Positions 35,255 through 44,228 of a DNA stretch of 64,000 nucleotides are shown here, in pieces. The translations under genes and the position numbers were made by a program. Source of the DNA: an uncultured bacterium (GTDB lineage: Bacteria > Fidelibacterota > Marinisomatia > SCGC-AAA003-L08 > TS1B11); contig CAZULW010000005.1 in assembly GCA_964621455.1 (NCBI GenBank), forward strand, positions 6,705 to 70,704, in the 5' to 3' direction. How positions within the stretch are numbered: position 1 is the stretch's first letter; every line of letters begins with the position of its first letter. The notes beneath the pieces are model-generated. The model was not told where the DNA came from. It worked only from the letters and a program-made list of their open reading frames with translations, and made no database searches.

Positions 35255-37780
35255 TCAACCTTGGAAAAATGTACCTATAATTATGAAAATGAGCAGTAGA
35301 AAACCTATTGACAGAAACAGATAGGCACTGGCCAGGAGCAGATATTTGGTCCAGCGAGGCAAGGGGGAAACTTTCAGTTTATCGTATTCGTTGTCAGCAT
35401 CCAGTCGTTCCTTCTCCGTGGGACGTTCCTCGGCAAACCGTTCTTCCGTGAGATAGCCGGTGAAGATGACTTCATCCATGGGGAATGCCCCCGGGCGCAG
35501 GTGGGTATTGAAGAAGTGGACGGTAAAGATAAAAGCTGTAGCCAGCAGGGCTTCCTCGGAATGGATGATGTGAGCTACGTTAATGACCCATCCGGGAAAG
35601 AGCCTGGTGAACGTTTCCGGGAACCAGAGGGTCAGCCCGCTGGAACCGATGATGATCATACCCCAAAAAACGGCGTAGTAGTCAAATTTTTCCCAGTACG
35701 TCCAGCGATCGAACTTGGGTGGACGCTTTAGAGCCCCGATGAAATAGCCAAGATGTTGGTAGAAATCCTTGAAGTCCTTGGGACGGACCACCAGGGAATT
35801 AGGCCCATAGAAGAGGCCCTTCTCTTTCAGCACCAACCAGCGGTACAGTAATAAGAGGACATGAATAATGAATACGCTGACCAGGAGAGTGGCGGCAATG
35901 CGGTGGATGAGGGCAGCAGCCTGTAGGCTGAGGATGTTGTTCACGAACCAGGTGGCCAGGGGCGTATGGCTGTATTTCAAAGGCAGCCCGGTCGTAGCAA
36001 GGGTGAGGAAGGATAGGATCAATCCGAGATGTAGGAGTCGCTGAATCAGATGGAAGCGCTTGATTCGGTGCTTTGTCTTGACTTGGGGCGGTTTCTTTCC
36101 CTCGAATAAGCGCCGTATCAGCAGCCGGATGAGCCACAGGAGGGTATGGACACCGAAGATAATCATCACCGAGACCAGCAGCCACCGCATGAAGGTGTCC
36201 ACGCCTATAAGAATGGGATTTTCCTCGTGTTCCATGGGGTTGTAATGTTGCAGGTAGGATACGAAGTTTATGTTGGCGTCCTCATGGCACTGGGTACAGG
36301 TGTTCAGTATGTTCTGCTTACTGATGGTGGACTTGGGATCGTCGGCGGGCAGGACGCTATGGTTGTCATGGCACGAGGCGCAGGTGGCGAAATCGGTTCC
36401 CTGGTAGCCCAGCTGATAGACCTGCCCGTGATAAGTACTTTGATAGCCGGATACTACTTCCGGGCTGAGCTGGAACCGGAGGATGATTTCCCGGTTGCTG
36501 TGGCACGAGGCGCACAGGTCAACGATGGCCTTCCCTTTCAGGCTTTCCTCGGTTTTGGGGATGAACCGTTCGCCGTGACAGGTGGTGCAGGTGGGGGCTT
36601 CGGGATGGCCCTTGGCGGCGCTGGTCCCGTGAGAGGAACCTACCCAGGCGGCATGTTCTTCAGGATGGCACGCTTTGCATTCCCGTTTGATGCCGGTGAA
36701 AGCCGGATGCTCCGGCGCCCTGAAGTGGTACTGATGGCACTCGCCGCAGTTGACCGGCTCCCCGGCCCGGGCGGACTCGATCTTCTCGCCGTGGATCACC
36801 ATATGGGCTTCTTCCGGGCGGGCCAGCAACCCCTCCGCGTGACATAACAGGCATACGTTCGCCAGTCCGGTTTCGAAAATGGATGAGTGGGCGGTGGTCA
36901 TATTCGTGGAGTGCCCCACATGGCAAGCTACGCAGGTCTCCAGACGCGGGTCGTCGCCCTCGCGGGGACGGTGAATGGAAACCTCGTAGCCCGCATGACA
37001 GCGGGTACAGGTCAGATCCAGCCTGGCCACCGATAAAAGACTGTTGGGATCCCGGGGAGACAGAACCTGGTGCCTGGCATGGCAGTCGGAACAGACCGGG
37101 GCCTTCAAATTGCCCTGCTCGAGTTCCCGGAAGTGCTGTGAATCGGTGTAATTGGCCACCTCCCGCTCATGGCAGACGTTGCACGACTCCACCAGGTGCA
37201 TCTTCCACTGGTGGGGCGTGTACTGACCCTTCTCCATCTTGAAGTGCGGATTGTGGCACGAAACACAGGTGACCTCCTGTGTGACCTCATCGGCTTTCCA
37301 GTGCCGGGAGGCCAGGAAGTCTTCCAGCACATCCTGATGGCATACGCCGCACACCTGCCGCGGGTGCCCGACCCACGACACCTCGTGCCGACCGTGGCAG
37401 TCGGAGCAGTTGGGGATGGAAGTGTAGCCCTTCTGCATCAGGGGGCCGAAGAAGCCCTCCACAAAGACCGCCTGCTCTTCTTCGTGGCAAGACCCGCAGT
37501 CCGGCAGGACCAGGCGTTCCCGGTGCGGCCAGTCGTCCACACCGGCCAGTTCGGTGTGGCAGTCGACACAGGCGAAATCCGCATGCGGGCTGTCCGCCAG
37601 GTGCTCACTGGTGACATACAGCGAGAGCTCAATCCCGTACCGGACCACTTTATGGTCGGGATCGTCATGGCAGGTCTCGCAGGTCTCGTTGTCCTGGGCA
37701 TGCAAGGGGAACAGCATGAGGAGCACCAGGGAAAGGCCCAGGGTAAAGGGGCGTATGTGACCGGCTGAAAATCCAATCAT
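35255..37780 (-). CDS. Fusion of a 17-heme cytochrome c with an FdnI/HydC-type cytochrome b membrane domain (CbcL-like, expanded)
   Basis: Signal peptide and 17 CxxCH motifs in about 500 aa. The TM domain then has IKRFHLIQRLLHLGLILSFLTLATTG, IHRIAATL, YWEKFDYYAVFWG and HIIHSEEALLATAFIFTVH. Confidence 0.9.
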   Translation of the reverse strand: MIGFSAGHIRPFTLGLSLVLLMLFPLHAQDNETCETCHDDPDHKVVRYGIELSLYVTSEHLADSPHADFACVDCHTELAGVDDWPHRERLVLPDCGSCHEEEQAVFVEGFFGPLMQKGYTSIPNCSDCHGRHEVSWVGHPRQVCGVCHQDVLEDFLASRHWKADEVTQEVTCVSCHNPHFKMEKGQYTPHQWKMHLVESCNVCHEREVANYTDSQHFRELEQGNLKAPVCSDCHARHQVLSPRDPNSLLSVARLDLTCTRCHAGYEVSIHRPREGDDPRLETCVACHVGHSTNMTTAHSSIFETGLANVCLLCHAEGLLARPEEAHMVIHGEKIESARAGEPVNCGECHQYHFRAPEHPAFTGIKRECKACHPEEHAAWVGSSHGTSAAKGHPEAPTCTTCHGERFIPKTEESLKGKAIVDLCASCHSNREIILRFQLSPEVVSGYQSTYHGQVYQLGYQGTDFATCASCHDNHSVLPADDPKSTISKQNILNTCTQCHEDANINFVSYLQHYNPMEHEENPILIGVDTFMRWLLVSVMIIFGVHTLLWLIRLLIRRLFEGKKPPQVKTKHRIKRFHLIQRLLHLGLILSFLTLATTGLPLKYSHTPLATWFVNNILSLQAAALIHRIAATLLVSVFIIHVLLLLYRWLVLKEKGLFYGPNSLVVRPKDFKDFYQHLGYFIGALKRPPKFDRWTYWEKFDYYAVFWGMIIIGSSGLTLWFPETFTRLFPGWVINVAHIIHSEEALLATAFIFTVHFFNTHLRPGAFPMDEVIFTGYLTEERFAEERPTEKERLDADNEYDKLKVSPLPRWTKYLLLASAYLFLSIGFLLLIFIIIGTFFQG

Positions 37781-37871
37781 GGTTTGCAGAGATCTTTTTG
37801 GGAACTATTCATAGTTATAGTAATCAGCCCGGATGAAGGTGTTGTTGTTTTACCGGGATTACCGGATGGGG

Positions 37872-38672
37872 CTAGTTCCCAAATACATTCTTTACGCCGT
37901 TGATATGCTTTTGTGTATCGATGATCGTTCGGTGGTCCTGGCTGCTTACGACGCCGGAGTGGCATAGGCCACAGGCACTGGATGCGATGTGGCCTGCAGG
38001 AGGGAGTGCGTGGCAGGTGCCGCACAGATTGCCAGTGACCGGTGTGGTCCAGGTCCAGGTGGAGTCATTTCCCGTAACCCCATTGAGGTCAAAGGCGCCG
38101 TGACAATAAACGTCGCTGCAGGTCTTGGCAGAGCGCTCCCAGACCGGGGAGAGTGTGCCCTTGGCAGTGGCCAAGCTGTCAAAGGTCACCTCGGCGTAGT
38201 AGGGGGTGTCGTCGTCGATATGCCCCGCCGCCCAGACGGAATCGGGCACCACATGACAGGAAGCGCAGGAGACGTTAGAGGTCAAACTATGGGCGGCCGT
38301 GTAGTGGCTGGTGTGCATCCCGACGGTCACCCGATCGGAGCTCGTCCGGCCTTTCACATCAACGAACGGATCGCTGTCAAGGTATCCGTGGCAGTTATCG
38401 CAGGCGTAGATGGCATCCAGAGCGGACTGGCCTTGGGAAGCGGTGTGGCATTCATCGCTGCTGCATCCATCCACCTCATCCGTCCCATTCAGCTCGGCAC
38501 CGTGACATGCCTGGCATGAGGTAAGGTCGTAGTTAATGACCTGGAGCTTTTCAATATGTCCCGTTTCCCAAGCTTCAGGGTGCGGGCTGTCATCCTCTTC
38601 GAATTCGGTGCACCCCCAGGCCGCGAGCACCAGCAAAACTGCGATTCCGCCAAGCGGTCGTCTAGTAATCAT
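37872..38672 (-). CDS. Lipoprotein multiheme cytochrome (5 CxxCH plus 2 CxxxxCH; Geobacter CxxxxCH...CxxCH-type)
   Basis: Lipobox LAAWGC. Motifs CQACH, CDNCH, CASCH, CGTCH, CGLCH plus CSSDECH and CSDVYCH. Confidence 0.88.
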   Translation of the reverse strand: MITRRPLGGIAVLLVLAAWGCTEFEEDDSPHPEAWETGHIEKLQVINYDLTSCQACHGAELNGTDEVDGCSSDECHTASQGQSALDAIYACDNCHGYLDSDPFVDVKGRTSSDRVTVGMHTSHYTAAHSLTSNVSCASCHVVPDSVWAAGHIDDDTPYYAEVTFDSLATAKGTLSPVWERSAKTCSDVYCHGAFDLNGVTGNDSTWTWTTPVTGNLCGTCHALPPAGHIASSACGLCHSGVVSSQDHRTIIDTQKHINGVKNVFGN

Positions 38673-39609
38673 GACACCCCAGCCTCAGACAGGTGTTGTC
38701 TCTGGCCGGTTCGTGACAGACCACGCAGTAGTCAGGCCGGTCCAGCCCTTCCTGGGCGTGAAAGCCACAGGCCGTACACTCTACTTCGGGAGGGGCCGCC
38801 CCGGAGGGGTCGTCGTGGCTGCCACTGAGAGCCCAGAAGGGGTTATTGTGGCTCAGGGGCATGACCCCCTTGGCAAGGTGACAGCTCTGGCACTCCTGGG
38901 GGATAGCGTGACAGGTGCTGCACTCTTTCTCAAAACTCAGAAAGTCTCCGGCATGGACGAATTCATAGTTGGCCGGATGGACCTGCTTTTCCAGCTGGGC
39001 TTGGGCGTGGCAGCCCTCGCAGTCGGTCTGCTGGTGACACATGGCACAATCATCGCCGGTGGAGCCATGGACAAACAGCCCGTGGTTCTGGGTCCAGCCC
39101 AGGCCGTGGCTGGCCGGCAGCTTGCCCTCCAGGGAGGCATGGCAGGCATAGCAACCGGCATCGGTGAGGGGCACGGTGTGGCAGTCCATGCAAGGTTCCA
39201 TCTTTGGCGGTGTCCGGGGCACCAGGGCTTCGCTGCTAGCCGTGGTGGGATGGCACTGGCTGCATTCGGTCTGCGGCAGGTGGGTCTGATGCGGGAACAG
39301 CAGACCGGGAGTGGGCTGCCATGTGTAAGTCGTCGGATCATCGGGCCGGGTGTGGCAGGCGGAACACTCCTCCGAGGCCGTGTCACCGTCATGGCAGGCG
39401 CTGCATTGGTCCATGATCGGCAGCAGGTCGTGGGTTAAGCGGGTACTGGTCTCCACCCCTTCGTGACACTCACCGCATTCCAGGCCCATATCCTCGACGT
39501 GGGTAACGTGGGGGAAGATAATGCGATCGCGGGGTTCCTGCGCGGTGACCAGGACGGCCTGCAGCCCCGCGTATGCCAGCAGCCCGTAGAGCAGCAGACT
39601 AGAACGCAT
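38662..39609 (-). CDS. Periplasmic dodecaheme-type cytochrome c (11 CxxCH plus 1 CxxxxCH)
   Basis: Signal peptide MRSSLLLYGLLAYAGLQAVLVTAQ. Densely spaced heme motifs of c3/c7 type. 11-nt overlaps with both neighbouring genes. Confidence 0.9.
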   Translation of the reverse strand: MRSSLLLYGLLAYAGLQAVLVTAQEPRDRIIFPHVTHVEDMGLECGECHEGVETSTRLTHDLLPIMDQCSACHDGDTASEECSACHTRPDDPTTYTWQPTPGLLFPHQTHLPQTECSQCHPTTASSEALVPRTPPKMEPCMDCHTVPLTDAGCYACHASLEGKLPASHGLGWTQNHGLFVHGSTGDDCAMCHQQTDCEGCHAQAQLEKQVHPANYEFVHAGDFLSFEKECSTCHAIPQECQSCHLAKGVMPLSHNNPFWALSGSHDDPSGAAPPEVECTACGFHAQEGLDRPDYCVVCHEPARDNTCLRLGCHDY

Positions 39610-40867
39610 AGCTCACTTGCAAACCAACACGCCCATCCTGGTTGAAGAGACGGTTGCGGGTAAACTGGGTGAACAGCCGATAACTGAAACGGCCGGTGCT
39701 GGATCCTTGCAGCCAGAACGTTGCGGCCAGGGAAGACCGGGTAGCCCGGGCCTGAGCAGCATCCAAGATACCCGCGGAAGTCATGTGGGAGACAGCATCG
39801 GAATTTTCATCGAAAAGGGTGTAGCTGCCGGCGCCGATACTCCCTCCGGCCTGCAGGTGACCAGACAGGCGGCGCTGGCCGCTGAGCTGCACGTAGTGGC
39901 CCTCGTAGATCGATTGGTCGTTGGCCTGCCAGGTGAACATCAGGCCGCCCCAGGCCAGTTGCGCCTTGAGGTACCTATCGTCGCGATTACCCAAACGCTG
40001 ACTGAGGCTCACCCTCAGCTGCAATCCTTTAAATGGCGACCAATGCGCGCCCGCCGAGAGGTTTTGCCGGGGGGCGAAAGTTGGGTTGGAGACCCAGGGG
40101 TAAGGGTTGAGGGACAGCTGTCCCGCATAGCGGTACTGGACGTATACGATGCCCGTCTGCGTCAGACGCACCTGGGTCCTGAGCCGGATCTTCTCGGGAT
40201 TTTTAGCCGTGAGGTTAAAGGCCAGGTCGGCAACCTGGGTCAGTCGCGACCCAAGTCTACGGCGCAGAGAGCCGCCAAGGTAGAAGTTGAGCGTGCCGGT
40301 CATATGGGTGGCCCAGGCCTGCAGGCCGTAGCGGCTGGAGCCGTTGGTGAGCTGGAACATGCCGCCAGCCATCGGCTTGCCGGCCTCACCGTAGTCGGTG
40401 CGCAGTTCGGTATCCGGCGTCTGGCCGGCGTAGAGGGTCAGCTGCCGGCTGTTGCGGAAGGTGCCGGTATGCCTGCCCAGGGCAATGCCGTCGAAGCGGG
40501 CGGTCTGGAGGTTGTTCCAGAGGAATTGCCGGCCCAGGGTCACCTTCCAGTCGGGTGTGATCCCGGCTTGAATCTGTCCGGAGTAGAGGCGCAGCCCGGC
40601 CGGGCGGGTGAGAGTTGCCGGGGTGATCTCACCCAGGAAATGCCAACTCACCCGTTGGGTGAGCTGGTGCCGCACGGTGAGCTGTCCCCGCCAGACTAGG
40701 GATTCCGTCGCCGTGATGTCGCTGCGGGGGTAGACGAACGTGCCTCGCAGGACGGCTTCCGGCTTGGCGGCCTGAACCGTAGAACCTGCAAGGAGCATCC
40801 CAACCAGGAATGCCGGGATGGAGCGTAGGGCGAATGAACGGCTTTTATGTGGTGAAAACGATTCCAT
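39599..40867 (-). CDS. Outer-membrane beta-barrel (porin-like) protein, first gene of the cytochrome cluster
   Basis: Signal peptide ...STVQAAKP. Alternating hydrophobic/polar strands rich in Y/G/R/Q/T. Terminal ...GLQVSYAF aromatic OMP signature. Confidence 0.8.
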   Translation of the reverse strand: MESFSPHKSRSFALRSIPAFLVGMLLAGSTVQAAKPEAVLRGTFVYPRSDITATESLVWRGQLTVRHQLTQRVSWHFLGEITPATLTRPAGLRLYSGQIQAGITPDWKVTLGRQFLWNNLQTARFDGIALGRHTGTFRNSRQLTLYAGQTPDTELRTDYGEAGKPMAGGMFQLTNGSSRYGLQAWATHMTGTLNFYLGGSLRRRLGSRLTQVADLAFNLTAKNPEKIRLRTQVRLTQTGIVYVQYRYAGQLSLNPYPWVSNPTFAPRQNLSAGAHWSPFKGLQLRVSLSQRLGNRDDRYLKAQLAWGGLMFTWQANDQSIYEGHYVQLSGQRRLSGHLQAGGSIGAGSYTLFDENSDAVSHMTSAGILDAAQARATRSSLAATFWLQGSSTGRFSYRLFTQFTRNRLFNQDGRVGLQVSYAF

Positions 40868-41296
40868 GGAGGCTGAAAAGTTATCTATATCAGGACAACG
40901 AACTCAAATTTAATTTATGCCCGTTTATGAGGCCGGCTATGCCGACCGCGGGCTGGCGGCTGGCTCCTCGTCCGGCACACCCTGGACCTGGTGCCTCAGG
41001 CGCCCGACGTTCCGGTTGCTCGCCCGGTATTATAATGTCGCATCTCCGGACGGGATGCCGAGCGGGACGGCATTATGCCGGCTTGAACTATTTCCTGTAT
41101 AACAAAACCAATTCAAGACTCAGTCCGTAAAATGACTAATTACACAATTTTAACAGTATATCTTAGCCGATTTCGGTAGAGTTGATTATAAAAATATATG
41201 CTTGTCTCTTTTATGTCTTGATAATAAACTCGTAGGTGTTAATGAAGTTTGTATGATCTTTTTCGTAAGTTTTTATAAAGTGCAGGAGGTGGAAAA

Positions 41297-42382
41297 GTGA
41301 TTAATTTCACCAGGAATCCCAAACTATATTTCATTCCAGCCCTCATTGTCGGGATGACAGTCATGTTTTTCGGCTGTGAAGGCCCTGAAGGTCCCGCGGG
41401 CTCTGAGGGTCTGCAAGGCCTGCCGGGGGCTGACGCCAATGAAACCTGCAAAGTCTGTCATAGTGATGGGGACGAGCCGATTAAGGTACGACAGTTACAA
41501 TGGGCGGCCTCTACTCATGCTACAGGCGGTAATTTTGAACGGAATGATACCGATTGTGCCCCTTGCCATACCAGCCAGGGCTTTCTGGAAGTCGTGGCAA
41601 CGGGAGCAGACACAACCGTAGCAGACATTTCAAATCCAGCCCCGCAGAATTGCCGCACGTGTCACCAAATTCATAGTACGTACACGTGGGCCGATTTTGC
41701 CTTGACAGATACGACTGCATTTACCCCCAGGATTGATCTTACAGCATCCATTGACATTGGAAAAGGAAACCTTTGTGCCAGGTGTCATCAACCGAGGTTG
41801 CCTGATCCCATGCCGACAGTTGGTGGCAGTGATGTTGTCATAGGTTCCAAATATTGGGGACCCCACTACGGTGCCCAAGGCGCCATTCTCGCGGGAGTTG
41901 GCGGTTATGAAGTTACGGGCTCCCCTTATACAAATAGCTCCCATACCGCCGCGATAACTGACGGGTGTGTTACCTGCCACATGGCGGATGCATATGGTAT
42001 TAAAGCTGGCGGGCATACGATGAATGTATCGTATGATTACTATGGCACTGTAGTCAATCAAGCAGGATGTCTAGCAGCGTGCCATCCAGAAGGCGAAGAT
42101 GCGCTTGAAACAAAAATCGCAGATAGAAAAGCGGCAATTGACGCTTTGCTTGCTGATGTAAAGGCGCTCTTAATAACCGCCGATGCCCTGGATGATACCG
42201 ACCACGTTGTCCCGGGTACGCTAACCGCGCTCAACGCTGGTGCCGTGGTCAACTACCTTCTGGTTTTGAAAGATAGAAGCGGAGGTGCGCATAACTTCGC
42301 TTATGCCAGCGCACTATTAACAAACACAAAAGTGGCCCTAGAAGCTGCACCTGCTGCTCCAAAAAGGGTTGCTTTTAGGTAA
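41297..42382 (+). CDS. Lipoprotein multiheme cytochrome with a short collagen-like (GXY)6 segment after the lipobox
   Basis: AGGAGG RBS and GTG start. Lipobox MFFGC followed by E-GPEGPAGSEGLQGLPGAD. Motifs CKVCH, CAPCH, CRTCH, CARCH, CVTCH plus CLAACH. Confidence 0.88.
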   Translation: MINFTRNPKLYFIPALIVGMTVMFFGCEGPEGPAGSEGLQGLPGADANETCKVCHSDGDEPIKVRQLQWAASTHATGGNFERNDTDCAPCHTSQGFLEVVATGADTTVADISNPAPQNCRTCHQIHSTYTWADFALTDTTAFTPRIDLTASIDIGKGNLCARCHQPRLPDPMPTVGGSDVVIGSKYWGPHYGAQGAILAGVGGYEVTGSPYTNSSHTAAITDGCVTCHMADAYGIKAGGHTMNVSYDYYGTVVNQAGCLAACHPEGEDALETKIADRKAAIDALLADVKALLITADALDDTDHVVPGTLTALNAGAVVNYLLVLKDRSGGAHNFAYASALLTNTKVALEAAPAAPKRVAFR

Positions 42383-42404
42383 TAGCGTTTCTTCAAAGAA
42401 AAAA

Positions 42405-42437
42405 GAAAGCCCCTCCAGGCCCTCTGGAGGGGCTTTC
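42405..42437 (+). terminator. Intrinsic-terminator-like hairpin after the lipoprotein cytochrome
   Basis: gaaagcccctccag / ctggaggggctttc form a perfect 14-bp stem with a 5-nt loop, followed by ttcttc. It lies 23 nt after the stop. Confidence 0.75.
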
Positions 42438-42615
42438 TTCATGTCATCAATTTGAGTGGACCCGGACTGGAAGCTGTACATTAATTATCAGGTGGAAGTG
42501 ACCGAAAACTGCTAGTGTTCTGTCCTATTAATTCCTTAAACATTTAGCCGTGGCCAGCCAAGGACGACTGGGCCGGTAAACAGCCGGGCTGGAGTAAGCT
42601 GCCTGTCGCTCTGAT

Positions 42616-42801
42616 TCAACCAGTTTTCGTAAACAAATTGCTGGGACAGGACTCCAGCCACTGGCTACATTTTCCTAAGTAGCTGCTTTTGTACGTGAGG
42701 TCTCCATAACAGGGAGGATGCCAGAAGCCGATCAGCCCATCTTCATCGGGGATATTGGCCAGCTCCTGCCCCATGACATGGCCGTTGAGCCGGAAGTCCA
42801 T
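42616..42801 (-). pseudogene. Possible C-terminal fragment of a DUF1080/LamG-like glycoside-hydrolase-fold gene
   Basis: YGVTGDRIQMDFRLNGHVMG...GLIGFWHPP resembles the DUF1080 C-terminus. Upstream frames are broken by stops. Weak. Confidence 0.25.
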
Positions 42802-43187
42802 CTGAATGCGGTCGCCGGTGACGCCGTAGGTGCGCCGGCTGCGGGGCCTCCGTAGTAGGCTGCGGGCGCGCTATGGATACGGCCCAAGCTGACGAACAGA
42901 TTATGCCTGAGGGCGTAACCCTTTCCTCCAGTTGAATTGCCCCAGCTTAGAAACCGGTCAACCGAAGTCCAACATTCCAGAACCTGTTCAGCCTTCTATT
43001 GAGATTTGTCGCCTGGTACGTTAAATTTTTGATCAGGATGATTAAGCTGGTGTGACACGATAATATTGTAAGTAAAACGGCACCCAGTGCGCTACCTTAG
43101 CGGAATAGAATGCTCCCTCATACGGTTCAGCGGGCTTTGTGCTGGGAATCATATTGCACTTGAGTACGCCATTGGAAAGGGCGAAAG

Positions 43188-44228
43188 ATGCTGTTCAAGA
43201 CTCTGAGCAAAAAGGAATTCAGGAATTTGGTCGAGCTGCTCCTCGCAGACACCGAGGTCATAGCACCCAAGCAGATCGGAGTGAACGAGAAGGGCAAACC
43301 CATTCACCATTATCTGCCGGTCCAGAAGTTCGAGGAGATTGATCTTGATTACGAGATAACCGAATACTCAGCCAAGTCTTACTTCCTCCCCTTTCGTGAA
43401 AATCTATCTTCCTGTCACTTCGAGGAGGACGACTGGACCCAGGAAATCCACTACCGGCTCCAGCCCAGGGTACTCATGGGTCTGCATTCCTGCGACATCA
43501 ACGCCTTGCTCAAGCTGGACAAGGTCCTTGCCGGTGACCGCTTCCCCAGCCCTTATTTCATCTCGCGGCGCAGGAATACATTCATCATAGGGATTGATCA
43601 TAACCCCTGCGAGGAGGGCTTCTGCCGATCGGTGGGAGCGGACGTGGTAACCCACGGTTTCGATCTCTATCTCACAGATCTCGGCGACCGATACTTCATA
43701 GCCATCAATTCCGATCACGGCTATAATATCCTTATGCAGGTCGATGCTAAGGATACTACCGGGCAGGATAACAAGGACTACCTGGAAGCGCGCCAACGGA
43801 TCGCCAGCAAATTCGAGCCCCTGAATATGCACAACCTGCCCAATCTGATGGACATTGAGTTTGAGTCGGAGGTCTGGAAGAAATGGGGCTGGCAGTGCCT
43901 GAGCTGCGGGAGCTGCGCCATGGTCTGCCCAACCTGCTACTGCTACGGAGTGGACGAGCAGGTTTCCATGGACGGGAAGGAGGGCGTAAAAGTCAAACAA
44001 CTCTATTCCTGTAATCTGCTCGATTTTGCCACGGTGGCCGGGGGACACAACTTCCGGGCTGACCGGGAAACCCGATTGAAATACCGCTATTATCACCAGC
44101 ACCGGGGATTCGTGGAGACCTACGAGGAACCCTTATGCGTGGGGTGCAACCGCTGCGGCCGCGTATGCCTGGCCGGGATCAACCCGCCCGGCATAATCCG
44201 GGACCTGCAAACCGAGGATCAAGTATGA
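43188..44228 (+). CDS. Group 3b NiFe hydrogenase (sulfhydrogenase) beta subunit, 4Fe-4S protein (HydB/AsrA-like)
   Basis: [17 protein letters not shown] and [11 protein letters not shown] motifs. First gene of a four-gene B-G-D-A order. Confidence 0.85.
   Translation: MLFKTLSKKEFRNLVELLLADTEVIAPKQIGVNEKGKPIHHYLPVQKFEEIDLDYEITEYSAKSYFLPFRENLSSCHFEEDDWTQEIHYRLQPRVLMGLHSCDINALLKLDKVLAGDRFPSPYFISRRRNTFIIGIDHNPCEEGFCRSVGADVVTHGFDLYLTDLGDRYFIAINSDHGYNILMQVDAKDTTGQDNKDYLEARQRIASKFEPLNMHNLPNLMDIEFESEVWKKWGWQCLSCGSCAMVCPTCYCYGVDEQVSMDGKEGVKVKQLYSCNLLDFATVAGGHNFRADRETRLKYRYYHQHRGFVETYEEPLCVGCNRCGRVCLAGINPPGIIRDLQTEDQV

Noticed and set aside
40868-41296. Small ORFs (40810-41130, 40917-41102, 41239-41451) in the divergent region between the OMP gene and the collagen-like cytochrome gene.
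   Set aside because: No RBS and low-complexity Ala/Arg/Gly translations. One overlaps the start of the lipoprotein cytochrome gene. The region is more likely regulatory DNA.
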